From IMG/VR virus record IMGVR_UViG_3300031578_000015: 64,000 bases of DNA; one strand, 5' to 3'. Each line of letters begins with the position of its first letter. Position 1 is the stretch's first letter. Source of the DNA: an uncultured virus (IMG/VR IMGVR_UViG_3300031578_000015). Lineage: Duplodnaviria > Heunggongvirae > Uroviricota > Caudoviricetes. The notes under the pieces were generated by a model. It made no database searches. It worked only from the letters and a program-made list of their open reading frames with translations, and had not been told where the DNA came from. Both the position numbers and the translations under genes were made by a program. Shown piece by piece: positions 38,701-48,549 of the stretch.

Positions 38701-38724
38701 GCCGGAACCGTAACCGGCATTTTT
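38701..38724 (+). terminator. hairpin GCCGG-AACCGTAA-CCGGC plus T-tract after the binding-protein operon
   Basis: Read directly; twin of 31940-31965. Confidence 0.55.
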
Positions 38725-38855
38725 AATATATAGTGAAAAGTTAATATTTGCTAGGATTGATCCGTTTAAGACCAAGGTAGGAGTACACTAGGTTCACTAG
38801 ATAATGCGTTCTAGGGGTCAATTTTTAAGCCTCAATGAAGATTAGAAAGGGGGCA
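38725..38855 (+). repeat. ~125-bp dispersed element, copy C
   Basis: ATATATAGTGAAAAGTTAATATTTGCTAGGATTGAT...AATGCGTTCTAGGG...CAATGAAGATTAG then SD. Confidence 0.65.
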
Positions 38856-38857
38856 AA

Positions 38858-39115
38858 ATGAGCAGAAGTGAGAAACATGTCCCGATTATCAAAGGTGGAG
38901 GTTATGGTAAACAGGGTAAAAAATGGGCAAATAAGAGGGTAAGGCATAATGACATAGGGGATCATTGTAGTTATAAAAAAATATACAATCAATATGATAT
39001 TTTCGATTATAGGTTTAATTTGTATAGAACAATAAAAGTGGATGGTATTCCTAGTGCATTTTGGTCAAATAGATTAATGACAATTAATGAGATAATGGAG
39101 TATTGGAGAAAATAA
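38858..39115 (+). CDS. hypothetical basic protein
   Basis: MSRS...KKWANKRVR; SD supplied by the end of element copy C. Confidence 0.65.
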   Translation: MSRSEKHVPIIKGGGYGKQGKKWANKRVRHNDIGDHCSYKKIYNQYDIFDYRFNLYRTIKVDGIPSAFWSNRLMTINEIMEYWRK

Positions 39116-39384
39116 TGTATCTTAGCACTGGGCAGATAGTAAGGCATAAGGGTGAAAGGAAAGTAGTAAAATATGTTTATAGGGATAGACAAGGTATTTA
39201 TACTGTAGAGTTTGTAGATAGGACAAAATGCACAGATATGAAAGAAATAGAAATAGATGGGAGGAAATAATGATTAATGCATTATGGCTTATTTTGATTA
39301 TTCCTGTATTTACTTTATTTGGTTTTCTTATTTGCGCCGTATTGGTAAATAATGAAAACGATAAATATGTAATAAAATAATTAT

Positions 39385-40212
39385 TTGAAATATTTATTGC
39401 TTATCCCTGCTATTGTATTTTTCTCATTATTCACTGCTTGGCCATTAGGCGAAGTTATTGTATTATCCTTATATAAAACTAATTTCATAACTACAAAATT
39501 TATAGGTATTGATAACTATATAGCTATTTTTTCAGATTCTGATTTTATCACAAGTATTTTCAATTCATTATTTTATTGTTTTCTAATGGTGCCAGGGGAA
39601 TTATTATTAGGACTAGGATCAGCATTTTTGATTTTCAAGCTATCCAAAAAATGGCAAGACGTTTCTAGGATTATTTTCTATATTCCTGTATTGACCGCTG
39701 GTATAATAATAGCACAAATATGGAAATGGATTTTTCATATTGATGGTGTATTTAATTGGTTTATTAAATTGATAGGTTTATCTCCTATTAATTATTTTGG
39801 AGATTGGTATTCAGCTATTCCTACTGTAGCATTTATAGTTATTATTGGATCGTTCGGAGCTAATACTATTATTTTCTTAGCTGCGATGCAAAGTATAGAT
39901 AAATCATTATTTGAAGCTGCTGAAATTGATGGGGCTTCTTTTAGGCAAATAAAATATAGAATAATACTACCTATGATAATGCCAACTATTAGTCTTGTTA
40001 CATTATTGACTATCATTGCTTCATTTGGAGTAATAGAAACAATAATGATGCTAGTTCCGCAAAGTTATGCGGCTACTGTCACTTATTCAATATATCGAAG
40101 TGGTTTCTTATTTTCAAAATATGGAATAGCGAGCGCGGAAGCAATAGTATTTTTGGTTATTATGATATCATTATCATTATTGAAAAATAGGATAGAGAAA
40201 AATGAAAGGTAA
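39385..40212 (+). CDS. carbohydrate ABC transporter permease (MalF/UgpA-like)
   Basis: FIGIDNY, multiple TM segments, EAA loop LFEAAEIDGAS, YGIASA. Confidence 0.92.
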   Translation: MKYLLLIPAIVFFSLFTAWPLGEVIVLSLYKTNFITTKFIGIDNYIAIFSDSDFITSIFNSLFYCFLMVPGELLLGLGSAFLIFKLSKKWQDVSRIIFYIPVLTAGIIIAQIWKWIFHIDGVFNWFIKLIGLSPINYFGDWYSAIPTVAFIVIIGSFGANTIIFLAAMQSIDKSLFEAAEIDGASFRQIKYRIILPMIMPTISLVTLLTIIASFGVIETIMMLVPQSYAATVTYSIYRSGFLFSKYGIASAEAIVFLVIMISLSLLKNRIEKNER

Positions 40213-40390
40213 AAATTTCTCTTGTAATAATACTGGTAAACGTAAAAAATCAGATTATTATGAAACCCCATATTGTCTTACTCAAGAATTACTGAATATG
40301 GTCCAATTAAAAAATCCCGAATATAAAGAACCTATTATTAGATGGATAGATATTCAAAAATACATATTGAATAAAAGAGATAGCAAGTGA
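40202..40390 (+). pseudogene. internally deleted remnant of a methyltransferase-like gene
   Basis: N-terminal SDYYETP..LTQELL is joined directly to C-terminal PIIRWID, with no SAM-binding or catalytic motifs between. Confidence 0.4.
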
Positions 40391-41178
40391 AAAAACATAA
40401 CAAAACAATTCAAAATAATTCTACTCTTTATTTAGGTGATTGTTTGGAAGTAATGAAAATTATTCCCGATAAAAGCATTGATATGATATTGTGCGATTTG
40501 CCGTATGGAACTACGGCCTGTAAATGGGATGTAATTATTCCATTTGAACCATTATGGGAACAATATAATCGTATAATAAAAGACAAATGTGCAATTGTTT
40601 TGTTTGGATCAGAGCCATTTACGAGCATTATGATAACAAGTAATATAGATGGATATAAATATAATTGGGATTGGAATAAACATATTCCTAGTGGTATTAG
40701 TTATGCTAGATGGAGACCAATGCAACAAACCGAACAAATAGCAATATTTTCTAATACTGGTAATAAAATTAATTATTATCCTCAAATGATAAAACGCGAT
40801 ATTTCAATAAAATCAGGTGGAACAAATCCATCTGAAACTGCTCCAATACGATATAAAGATAAAAATTTCAAAAAAACTTATGATTATAAAAATCCAATTA
40901 CACTTATTGAATTTACTAAAATAAGAAAAGGCAGTTTGCACCCTACCCAAAAACCAGTAGCATTATTAGAATATCTAATTAAAACATATACATTAGAAAA
41001 TGAAGTTGTTCTGGATAATTGCATGGGATCAGGTTCAACTAAAATTGCTTGTATAAATACCAATAGAAAGTTTATTGGTATCGAAAAAGATGAAAAGTAT
41101 TTTAATATAGCTTGTAATAGAAAACCTGGGGACAAGAAACAAATTGAAAAGAAAAATATAGGATTCAATTTTGATTAG
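40387..41178 (+). CDS. site-specific DNA methyltransferase (N6-A/N4-C, beta class)
   Basis: GDCLE, DLPYG, HPTQKP, VLDNCMGSGST. Confidence 0.92.
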   Translation: MKKHNKTIQNNSTLYLGDCLEVMKIIPDKSIDMILCDLPYGTTACKWDVIIPFEPLWEQYNRIIKDKCAIVLFGSEPFTSIMITSNIDGYKYNWDWNKHIPSGISYARWRPMQQTEQIAIFSNTGNKINYYPQMIKRDISIKSGGTNPSETAPIRYKDKNFKKTYDYKNPITLIEFTKIRKGSLHPTQKPVALLEYLIKTYTLENEVVLDNCMGSGSTKIACINTNRKFIGIEKDEKYFNIACNRKPGDKKQIEKKNIGFNFD

Positions 41179-41989
41179 AAAAATAGTTCTATTGATATTT
41201 TTCATATTGTTATTAGCACCTGTTTATTTTATGATTATAGGATCATTTCAAGATACTGGCAGACTCATGACAATGCCACCTAAAATAATACCTAGCAATA
41301 TTATATATTCTAATTACACTTTCTTTTTCAATAATTTTCCGGTATTTCTATGGGTATATAATACCATGTTTATAGTGTTTTTTACTGTTATTATATCTAC
41401 TATTACTTCATTAATGACTTCTTATGTGTTTGCTTATTATAAATTCAAAATGAAAAATGTTTTATGGACAATATTTTTGATTGGAATAATGCTTCCTAGA
41501 ATATCAATATTGATTCCTACTTATGTGATAATAAAGGAATTAGGAATAGCTGGACAATTATGGGCGGTTATTTTGCCTATTTGTTTTTCGCCATTTGGAA
41601 TATACTTAGCTAGGAATTATTTTGAATCTATTCCAATATCGTTATTAGAAAGTGCAAGATTAGATGGAGCTAATGAATTACAAATTTTATCAAAAATAGT
41701 TGCTCCATTGTCAAAGCCTATAGTTACGGCGCTGGCATTGTTTTCTTCAATTAATGCTTTACAAGATTATGTATGGCAAATGTTAGTATTACAAAAAGAA
41801 AGTTCGCAATCATTATTAGTTGGATTGATTAAAGCAAGTATGTTAAGAGGAGGTGGAGATTTGAATTTCAACTCTGTCGGTAAATCTATGGCTGTTGGCG
41901 TTTTATTGATGTTGCCTTTATTGATTATTTTTATAGTGGCTAATAAGTATTTTACTAAGGATATGTTATCCGGGGCGGTAAAAGAATGA
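41171..41989 (+). CDS. carbohydrate ABC transporter permease (MalG/UgpE-like)
   Basis: SYVFAYYKF, LIPTY, EAA loop LLESARLDGA, PLSKP, QDYVW, KYF...GAVKE. Confidence 0.92.
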   Translation: MIRKIVLLIFFILLLAPVYFMIIGSFQDTGRLMTMPPKIIPSNIIYSNYTFFFNNFPVFLWVYNTMFIVFFTVIISTITSLMTSYVFAYYKFKMKNVLWTIFLIGIMLPRISILIPTYVIIKELGIAGQLWAVILPICFSPFGIYLARNYFESIPISLLESARLDGANELQILSKIVAPLSKPIVTALALFSSINALQDYVWQMLVLQKESSQSLLVGLIKASMLRGGGDLNFNSVGKSMAVGVLLMLPLLIIFIVANKYFTKDMLSGAVKE

Positions 41990-42736
41990 TTAAAATAGGA
42001 GATAGAATTGGTCTCATTCTAAAAACAAATGTTAATACTAAGGAATGTTTTTTCTTGGGCTATGGGGTTTATGAAGGTAGATTTGTACCAGATATTATTA
42101 ATTGTAGTAAGAAATATAGAAAAAATGCAAAATGGTTAATAAGAGAAAATAAGGAAATATGTAGATTTAAGTTAGATAATGGCGAAATATTTTATGAGTT
42201 TGATACTTGGTGTATGTCAGAAGAAAGATTCAATGCAGTATTTGTAAATGATGAGTATAAAGAAGGATGGAAAGTTATCAATATAGATAGATATGGTAAA
42301 AGGAGAAAACAAAATGACAATTAAGAAAATAGTTATGGAGTATTTAGAAAAGAATGATTATGATGGGTTGTATTCAGAATGTGGTGAATGTGCATGTAAA
42401 AAAGATGATTTATTCCCTTGTGGAAATGTAGATGAAGATTGTAAGCCAGGATATTTGTATTTAGGTGACGATGATTATGATTTTTTAATTAAGCCAGAAC
42501 GTGAATCAATTGATACAGTAAAGGAGAAATACTAAATGGCTGAAATGCAAGATTTAATTGTCAAGATAACTTGTGAATGTGATACTAAAGGATTCGATGA
42601 AGCAATAAAGAAAATGAAAGAGTTCAATAAAGCTTCAAAATTATCGTTATGGACTATTATTAAACTACGAATAATGAAGATATTTATTAAGAAACCCAAA
42701 ATTAAAATAACAGAATTGATAGAAAGGAATAGATGA
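41986..42736 (+). CDS. three small hypothetical ORFs (41986-42324, ~42314-42535, 42536-42736)
   Basis: Operon packing; the middle ORF has DGLYSECGECAC...PC...CKPGY. Confidence 0.55.
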
Positions 42737-42900
42737 TGAATGAATCAGATTTAGAATTGATTGAAAAATGTTCACACTTATTTGAAAGATATAGAAAAGT
42801 AAATGATATTTCTATGAGTGTAAAAATGGCATTATTGGATTTATCAAATGATTGCATATATTTAGATATGTTATTCAAAAAATATGAAATGGAGTAAAAA

Positions 42901-43668
42901 ATGACAATTGCTATAATTGCAGCGCGTGGTGGTTCTAAACGATTACCTAGAAAAAATATTAAGTTATTTTGTGGCATTCCATTATTGGCTTGGAGCATTA
43001 TTCAGGCAAAATCATCTAAATATATAGATGAGGTTTATGTGACTACTGATGATAATGAAATAGCTGATGTGGCTGTTGAATATGGAGCAAAAGTAATAAT
43101 GAGACCTGATTGGGTAGATGTTGATTTCGCGGCAGCTAATAGACCGTTTATTCATGCTATGAAAATGTTGAAAGCTATTCATGGTGATATTTTCAATGAA
43201 GTATTAACTATTTTACCAACTACTCCATTGAATAAGCCTGGAGATTTTGATATAGGCATTGAAGAATATAGAAAATTAGGTTGTGATACTATGGGACCTT
43301 TGCGCCCAATTCGAGAAACAGTAGTACTAGAAAAAACTCATCCGAGACGCTGTCGCATGGCATTATTTGATAAGGGTTATAAATATTTAGGTGAAGCTAG
43401 CGGATGGGTGGTAACTAATCCCAATTGGTATATTGCTTTTAATAGTGAAATAAGCGATTTAGATTCAGTATTAAATGAAAAGGAAAATTGGCCAGCACTT
43501 GAACGATACTTTTTTCCTGTTGAATATTGGCAATATGCTGACGTTGATACATTAGAAGAATTTGAGTTTGCAGAAGTTGTAATGGAGCATTTTATTTTAA
43601 AAGGCAGAAAATACAATGAAGTTTATAAATATATTGAAAATAATATTCTACCATTTGGGGGTGATTGA
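42901..43668 (+). CDS. neuA: acylneuraminate (nonulosonate) cytidylyltransferase, NeuA/PseF family
   Basis: AIIAARGGSKRLPRKNIK, PLLAWSI, VTTDD, PTTPL, DVDTLEEF. Confidence 0.9.
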   Translation: MTIAIIAARGGSKRLPRKNIKLFCGIPLLAWSIIQAKSSKYIDEVYVTTDDNEIADVAVEYGAKVIMRPDWVDVDFAAANRPFIHAMKMLKAIHGDIFNEVLTILPTTPLNKPGDFDIGIEEYRKLGCDTMGPLRPIRETVVLEKTHPRRCRMALFDKGYKYLGEASGWVVTNPNWYIAFNSEISDLDSVLNEKENWPALERYFFPVEYWQYADVDTLEEFEFAEVVMEHFILKGRKYNEVYKYIENNILPFGGD

Positions 43669-43671
43669 AAA

Positions 43672-45009
43672 ATGAGTGAACAAGTATCATTAAATGGCGA
43701 TAAGTGGCATGGTGGGACTTTTAATGTTGGTATTGAATCAACAATAAGAACCGATTCATCTAAGTATAATCATAGCACACAGATTGCTCAAATTATGCAT
43801 GAAAAAGTTAATACAATTCAGAATTATCAAGTAATAATCAATGCAATAAAATCAGGCAGAGCCAGAGATATTGCTGATGAACCAAAAGCTATAATAAATG
43901 AAAATGGCGAAAAAATGCCATGTATTATTATTGGCTCTGGGCCCTCATTAGATGATTCTATTGAATATTTGCGCGAATGGAAAGGTGGGATAATTTGTAC
44001 AAGTAGCCATGCATTGACATTGATGCATTTTGGTATTGAACCTACACATATTTTAGCATTAGATGCTTTTTGTACATGGGATGAAATAAAAGGTGTTGAT
44101 TGGAGTAAAACTAGAACAAAACTTATAACTCATCCTGGTATGTGGCCAACGTTGCTAGAAAATTGGCCTAATGAAATGTTATTGTATATTGAAAATAATG
44201 GCCGCCCAGATTCATTTTACTCTGATACACAAAAGATAATGTACAGTCATAGAGAAGGTGGAACACAAAGGAACCCTGTTTTTCATTATTATATTAGAAC
44301 GGAAATAATGCTTTTTGCTTGTAGTCCACCATTACAATTGTTTGTTGCTGATATTTTAGGATATGGCACTATTTATACTTGTGGTGTAGATTTTGGTTTT
44401 CATTCAGGAAAAGAAAGATTTACTTCATGGGATTTTGATGAAAATAATATATGGCAAGAGCATAAACACCCATTTGAAATGAATGAAAGAATAGTTAAAA
44501 CAAATAATGGATTATACTCTGAAGAAATGCACATTTACTATAAAAAGAATTTCTTGAGTAGTTGGCGATTATCCAATAAAACAATGTATACTACGGATCA
44601 TGGTATTATCACTGAAACTCCATATATTGATATAACAGATTTAATTGTAAATCAAGGTTATAATCAACCACAACAATCTTCGCAATGGATAGCTGATAAT
44701 GTAGAACCTTATTTAGCATTAGTTGGCGCTTTTGTTATTGAAACGCCTAAGGGGTTATCATTTGTAGAATCTAATAATTATCAAATTGAATTGCCTAATT
44801 TTATGAGAGAAATAAATAAACGTTATCAATGCCCTAAATGCAAAGTTCAATTGTTAGTAAAGGATAATGATTCCCATGTAGGATCAGAATGTCCACAGTG
44901 CCATGAAGGTAAATTAGAATATGAGATAGGTGTTGATATTAAGCAAAATATGGCAAGAATTGAAAGATATATTGAAATGTCTAGGCATATTAATATAGAC
45001 AAATATTAA
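43672..45009 (+). CDS. Maf/DUF115-family putative nonulosonate glycosyltransferase with C-terminal zinc ribbon
   Basis: PCIIIGSGPSLD...GIEPTHILALD and GYGTIYTCGVDFGF; CPKC...CPQC; starts 3 bp after neuA. Confidence 0.75.
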   Translation: MSEQVSLNGDKWHGGTFNVGIESTIRTDSSKYNHSTQIAQIMHEKVNTIQNYQVIINAIKSGRARDIADEPKAIINENGEKMPCIIIGSGPSLDDSIEYLREWKGGIICTSSHALTLMHFGIEPTHILALDAFCTWDEIKGVDWSKTRTKLITHPGMWPTLLENWPNEMLLYIENNGRPDSFYSDTQKIMYSHREGGTQRNPVFHYYIRTEIMLFACSPPLQLFVADILGYGTIYTCGVDFGFHSGKERFTSWDFDENNIWQEHKHPFEMNERIVKTNNGLYSEEMHIYYKKNFLSSWRLSNKTMYTTDHGIITETPYIDITDLIVNQGYNQPQQSSQWIADNVEPYLALVGAFVIETPKGLSFVESNNYQIELPNFMREINKRYQCPKCKVQLLVKDNDSHVGSECPQCHEGKLEYEIGVDIKQNMARIERYIEMSRHINIDKY

Positions 45010-45137
45010 TATATAGAAAATACAATAAAGGCCCTTAAACGCGTTCAATTTGATTCAAGGCATAATCCGATGGCTTTTAATGGAAAATGCGTTCTAGGGC
45101 CTAATTTAAACGTTACAATGAAGATTAGGAGGGCAGT
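45008..45137 (+). repeat. ~125-bp dispersed element, copy D
   Basis: AATATATAGAAAAT...AATGCGTTCTAGGG...CAATGAAGATTAGGAGGGCAG. Confidence 0.65.
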
Positions 45138-45350
45138 TTATATGCTATTCTCAGAAAAAAGCTCTTTAGTTAAGAAACAAAATGAACTTATTTCAATTTG
45201 TGGGGAATATATTGATTTATTAGAAACTGAATTGCATGAAATAATTCCAATAGTATATAATCATGGTTGGCATTATAATTTAGCTAATCGTGGTAAAGAA
45301 TATAGGGATAAAATAGAACAATTAAAAAATGATATTGATTGGCTGCAATC

Positions 45351-45665
45351 ATGAAAATATTCATATCTGGCAGAATTAGTGATATGGATAATTTAAATAA
45401 AGAAGCCTTTGAAAAAGCAGAAAAACTATTACGTGAAAAAGGCCATCAACCAATCAACCCACATAAAATACCTGATCCTAATAAAGAATATACTTATGCT
45501 GAATATATGAAAATAGATTTACGGGCATTATTGGATTGTGAGGGTATTTATATGTTGAATGATTGGGAAAAATCAAAAGGTGCTTGTATAGAAAATATAG
45601 TAGCTACTATAATTGATTTAAAAATATTTTATGAAGGGGATTTTGATGATAGAAATGACAATTAA
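45351..45665 (+). CDS. DUF4406/nucleoside 2-deoxyribosyltransferase-like protein
   Basis: KIFISG...INP...YM...LLDCEGIYMLNDWEKSKGACIE. Confidence 0.8.
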   Translation: MKIFISGRISDMDNLNKEAFEKAEKLLREKGHQPINPHKIPDPNKEYTYAEYMKIDLRALLDCEGIYMLNDWEKSKGACIENIVATIIDLKIFYEGDFDDRNDN

Positions 45666-46095
45666 AATAACTGATTATAGTAAAAATTATGTAGAAATAA
45701 ATTCAGACATAGTAAGTGATGAAAATGAAGCGACCGAAACTGAAATGATTGTTTTTAATGATATTATAGATTTACTAGATAATATGATAAGTAATATGAA
45801 TAAAGATGATGTGGAAAATACCACTCAAGATATATTATCTAATATAGGAAAAAACAATGATAAAGTTTAATATAGAATATACAATAAATAATTGTAATGT
45901 AGTAAGTATAAAAACTAATATAATAAAAGATCCATCTACAACGCCATTAGATGAGGCGTCAGTTTCATTATTAGAAGTAATAGTAAAGGAAGCAATTAAG
46001 GATATAAAAACAGTTGATAAAGATACAAAAAGCATTCTTAATGCTATAGGCAAATAGCACTATACATACTAACAAAAATACGTTATAATAGCAAT

Positions 46096-46638
46096 ATGAA
46101 AACTAAGAAACCAATGCAGAAAAAACCTTCTCAAAAGAATATTAAAACTAAAACAATTATAGTTGATAAAAATCCTGTAGGTAATCAACCTAAATATGCT
46201 AAATGGATGGATGGTGTAGCAGAAAGACTCGCGAAACAAGGCAACAATCAAAAAGTAATATATCAATTGTTAGGAATTACAGAAGCTACAGGAATTAGTT
46301 ATAAAAAGAAATATCCAAGTTTTTCTAAAGCATTAGAAGATGGTTATAAAGATCCAATAAAAATAGCAGAAGATAGATTGCATAAATTGGTAAAAGGTTA
46401 TGAGTTTGATAGTGAACAATTGTTAGTAGTAAGTGATGGTGCACAATTAGGAAGCCATGTAGAACGAGTACCAATAAAGAAAAGAATAGAACCTAATCTA
46501 AGGGCAATTGAATTCTTTCTAAAGAATAGGAAATCATGGAAAGAAAATCCTAAAGATGGTTGGGGTGAAATGATTGAGATAAGTGGCAAAATGGAATACA
46601 AAGTTATTCCTGATGAAACACTAGAGGATAAAGAATAA
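46096..46638 (+). CDS. terminase small subunit
   Basis: HTH-like segment, YPSFSKAL, PNLRAIEFFLKNR; upstream of terL. Confidence 0.75.
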   Translation: MKTKKPMQKKPSQKNIKTKTIIVDKNPVGNQPKYAKWMDGVAERLAKQGNNQKVIYQLLGITEATGISYKKKYPSFSKALEDGYKDPIKIAEDRLHKLVKGYEFDSEQLLVVSDGAQLGSHVERVPIKKRIEPNLRAIEFFLKNRKSWKENPKDGWGEMIEISGKMEYKVIPDETLEDKE

Positions 46639-46802
46639 TGAAATTAGATTTCAAGCAATTTAATAATATATTGTATTTACTTATCAGGATATTATGGATT
46701 GGGTGTCCTAGAACTATTAGTGGCTATTTTTGGGCTTTATATATGACTCCTTATACCATTCTGTTTTTGTATTATAAAAGATATTTAGGATGGATTATAT
46801 AA

Positions 46803-48116
46803 ATGTCTGATATAGCTCTGCCTACAATTGATCTTCGCGGCTTTGGCAAAAAGATCAATAAGCATTTTATACCTTTATTTAAAGATAAGAGCCGAATCCA
46901 GGTTCTTGTAGGTGGAGCTTCATCCTCAAAATCGTATTCTACTGGTCAAAAATATATTTATAAATGCATCAGGGAAAAAGGCCATAAGATATTAGTTGTA
47001 AGAAAAGTAGCCAAGACATTAAGGCATTCTGTATTTGATTTAATGATAGCTATTATCAATGATTCTAATATGCAAGGGCTTTTCAAATATAATAGGTCAG
47101 AGTTTCTTATTACTTGTATAGCTAATGGTAATGAAATAATTTGTACTGGTCTTGATGATGTAGAGAAATTAAAATCAATCCATGGAATAACAGATATATG
47201 GATTGAGGAAGCATCAGAAATATCTGAAAGTGATTTCAACCAATTGGATCTTCGTCTTCGTGGCGAGACATTACATAAGAAAACAATTACTCTAACATTG
47301 AATCCTATATCCATAAAACATTGGATAAAGAAAAGGTTCTTTGATAGGAAAGAAAATGATTGTATTACTCATCATTCCACTTATAAAAATAATGAGCATC
47401 TAGATAAAGATACCATAAATAGATTAGAGCAAATAACAGATTCATATTTCAAAGCTGTTTATGTATTAGGTGAATGGGGAGTCTATGGAAATGTGGTATT
47501 TTTTAATTATGAAATATTAGACGATTCTGTTTTCCCATATAAAGAAGAGGACTTAGAAAATGTTTTTAATGGCATGGATTTTGGATTTGTTCACGCGCAG
47601 GCAATAGAACGTGCCGGATTCAAGGAAGATCATAAGCCTAAAGATAATGAAGGCCCCAAAGTTTGTTTATATTGTTTTGATGAATTACATGAAAAAGGAA
47701 GGATCAATTCAGAGTTTATAGATGATGCCAAAGAATACTTTGGTGATAAATTATACGAAATGTATATGACTGCTGATTCTGCATATCCAGCTTATATAGA
47801 AGAATGGAACAATGCAGGATTCAAGGTAGAAGGTTCTAAGAAGGGAAAAGATTCTGTCAAGTTCGGATTTGAATATTTGACAGGAATAAAGATATATATA
47901 AATGGCACTAAATGCCCACAATTAGCGCAAGAGATTCCATCTTTCAAAAGGAGAGAAGATAAGGATGGCAACGCTACTGAGGATTTTGTTTCTATTAACG
48001 ATGATGGCCTCGCCGCACTTCGGTATGGCAGCGAGTATATTTGGTCAAATCAAAATCAAGTGTTTTATGATGGATTAGATGATAGCGGATGGTCTTTAGC
48101 AGATATTGGATTATAA
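46803..48116 (+). CDS. terL: terminase large subunit (PBSX/SPP1-type)
   Basis: GGASSSKS, VVRK, GLDDVEKLKS, WIEEA, RLRG, LNP, GMDFG, ADSA, DDGLAALRY. Confidence 0.95.
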   Translation: MSDIALPTIDLRGFGKKINKHFIPLFKDKSRIQVLVGGASSSKSYSTGQKYIYKCIREKGHKILVVRKVAKTLRHSVFDLMIAIINDSNMQGLFKYNRSEFLITCIANGNEIICTGLDDVEKLKSIHGITDIWIEEASEISESDFNQLDLRLRGETLHKKTITLTLNPISIKHWIKKRFFDRKENDCITHHSTYKNNEHLDKDTINRLEQITDSYFKAVYVLGEWGVYGNVVFFNYEILDDSVFPYKEEDLENVFNGMDFGFVHAQAIERAGFKEDHKPKDNEGPKVCLYCFDELHEKGRINSEFIDDAKEYFGDKLYEMYMTADSAYPAYIEEWNNAGFKVEGSKKGKDSVKFGFEYLTGIKIYINGTKCPQLAQEIPSFKRREDKDGNATEDFVSINDDGLAALRYGSEYIWSNQNQVFYDGLDDSGWSLADIGL

Positions 48117-48549
48117 AGGAGAAGGTTATGGCATTAGAATTAAAAGATGTTGATAGATTATACAATTTCCATTTAGTTAATGGGAAGATTTTTTCTCGCT
48201 ATCTAAATGATGTGCAGTTAAAAGAAATAAGAAGAAAATGGATTATTGGTAATTCTAGAGGTTATGGCGAATTGGTAATTAATAACTATATAATCCAGAC
48301 AAAAGATTTAATTTGTATTGGATTAGATATTTCAGAAGAGGAGTAAGATATGCCAACTTCAAGAATTGATTGCATTAATATTAAAAAGCCAAATTGTGAG
48401 TTTTATGATGAGAATAGGTTGTGCCCTGATAATTGTATAGGATTCCATTCTGTAGAAACTGTAAGTCAAAATACTATTTCTGTACAAGTTGGAGCACCTA
48501 TTGAGGAAGCGAAGGAAGATATCCCAATTGCAAATAAAAGGAATAGATA

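Noticed and set aside
36903..45009. Host chromosomal DNA or chimeric assembly explaining the transporter and neuA/maf genes
   Set aside because: These genes overlap or interleave with typical phage genes (YopX, MTase, DUF4406) and share the phage's repeat elements. Read-level confirmation is still advisable.
45070..45140. 5' extension of ORF 45070-45354
   Set aside because: It lies in repeat copy D; the SD points to the ATG near 45140 (MLFSEK).
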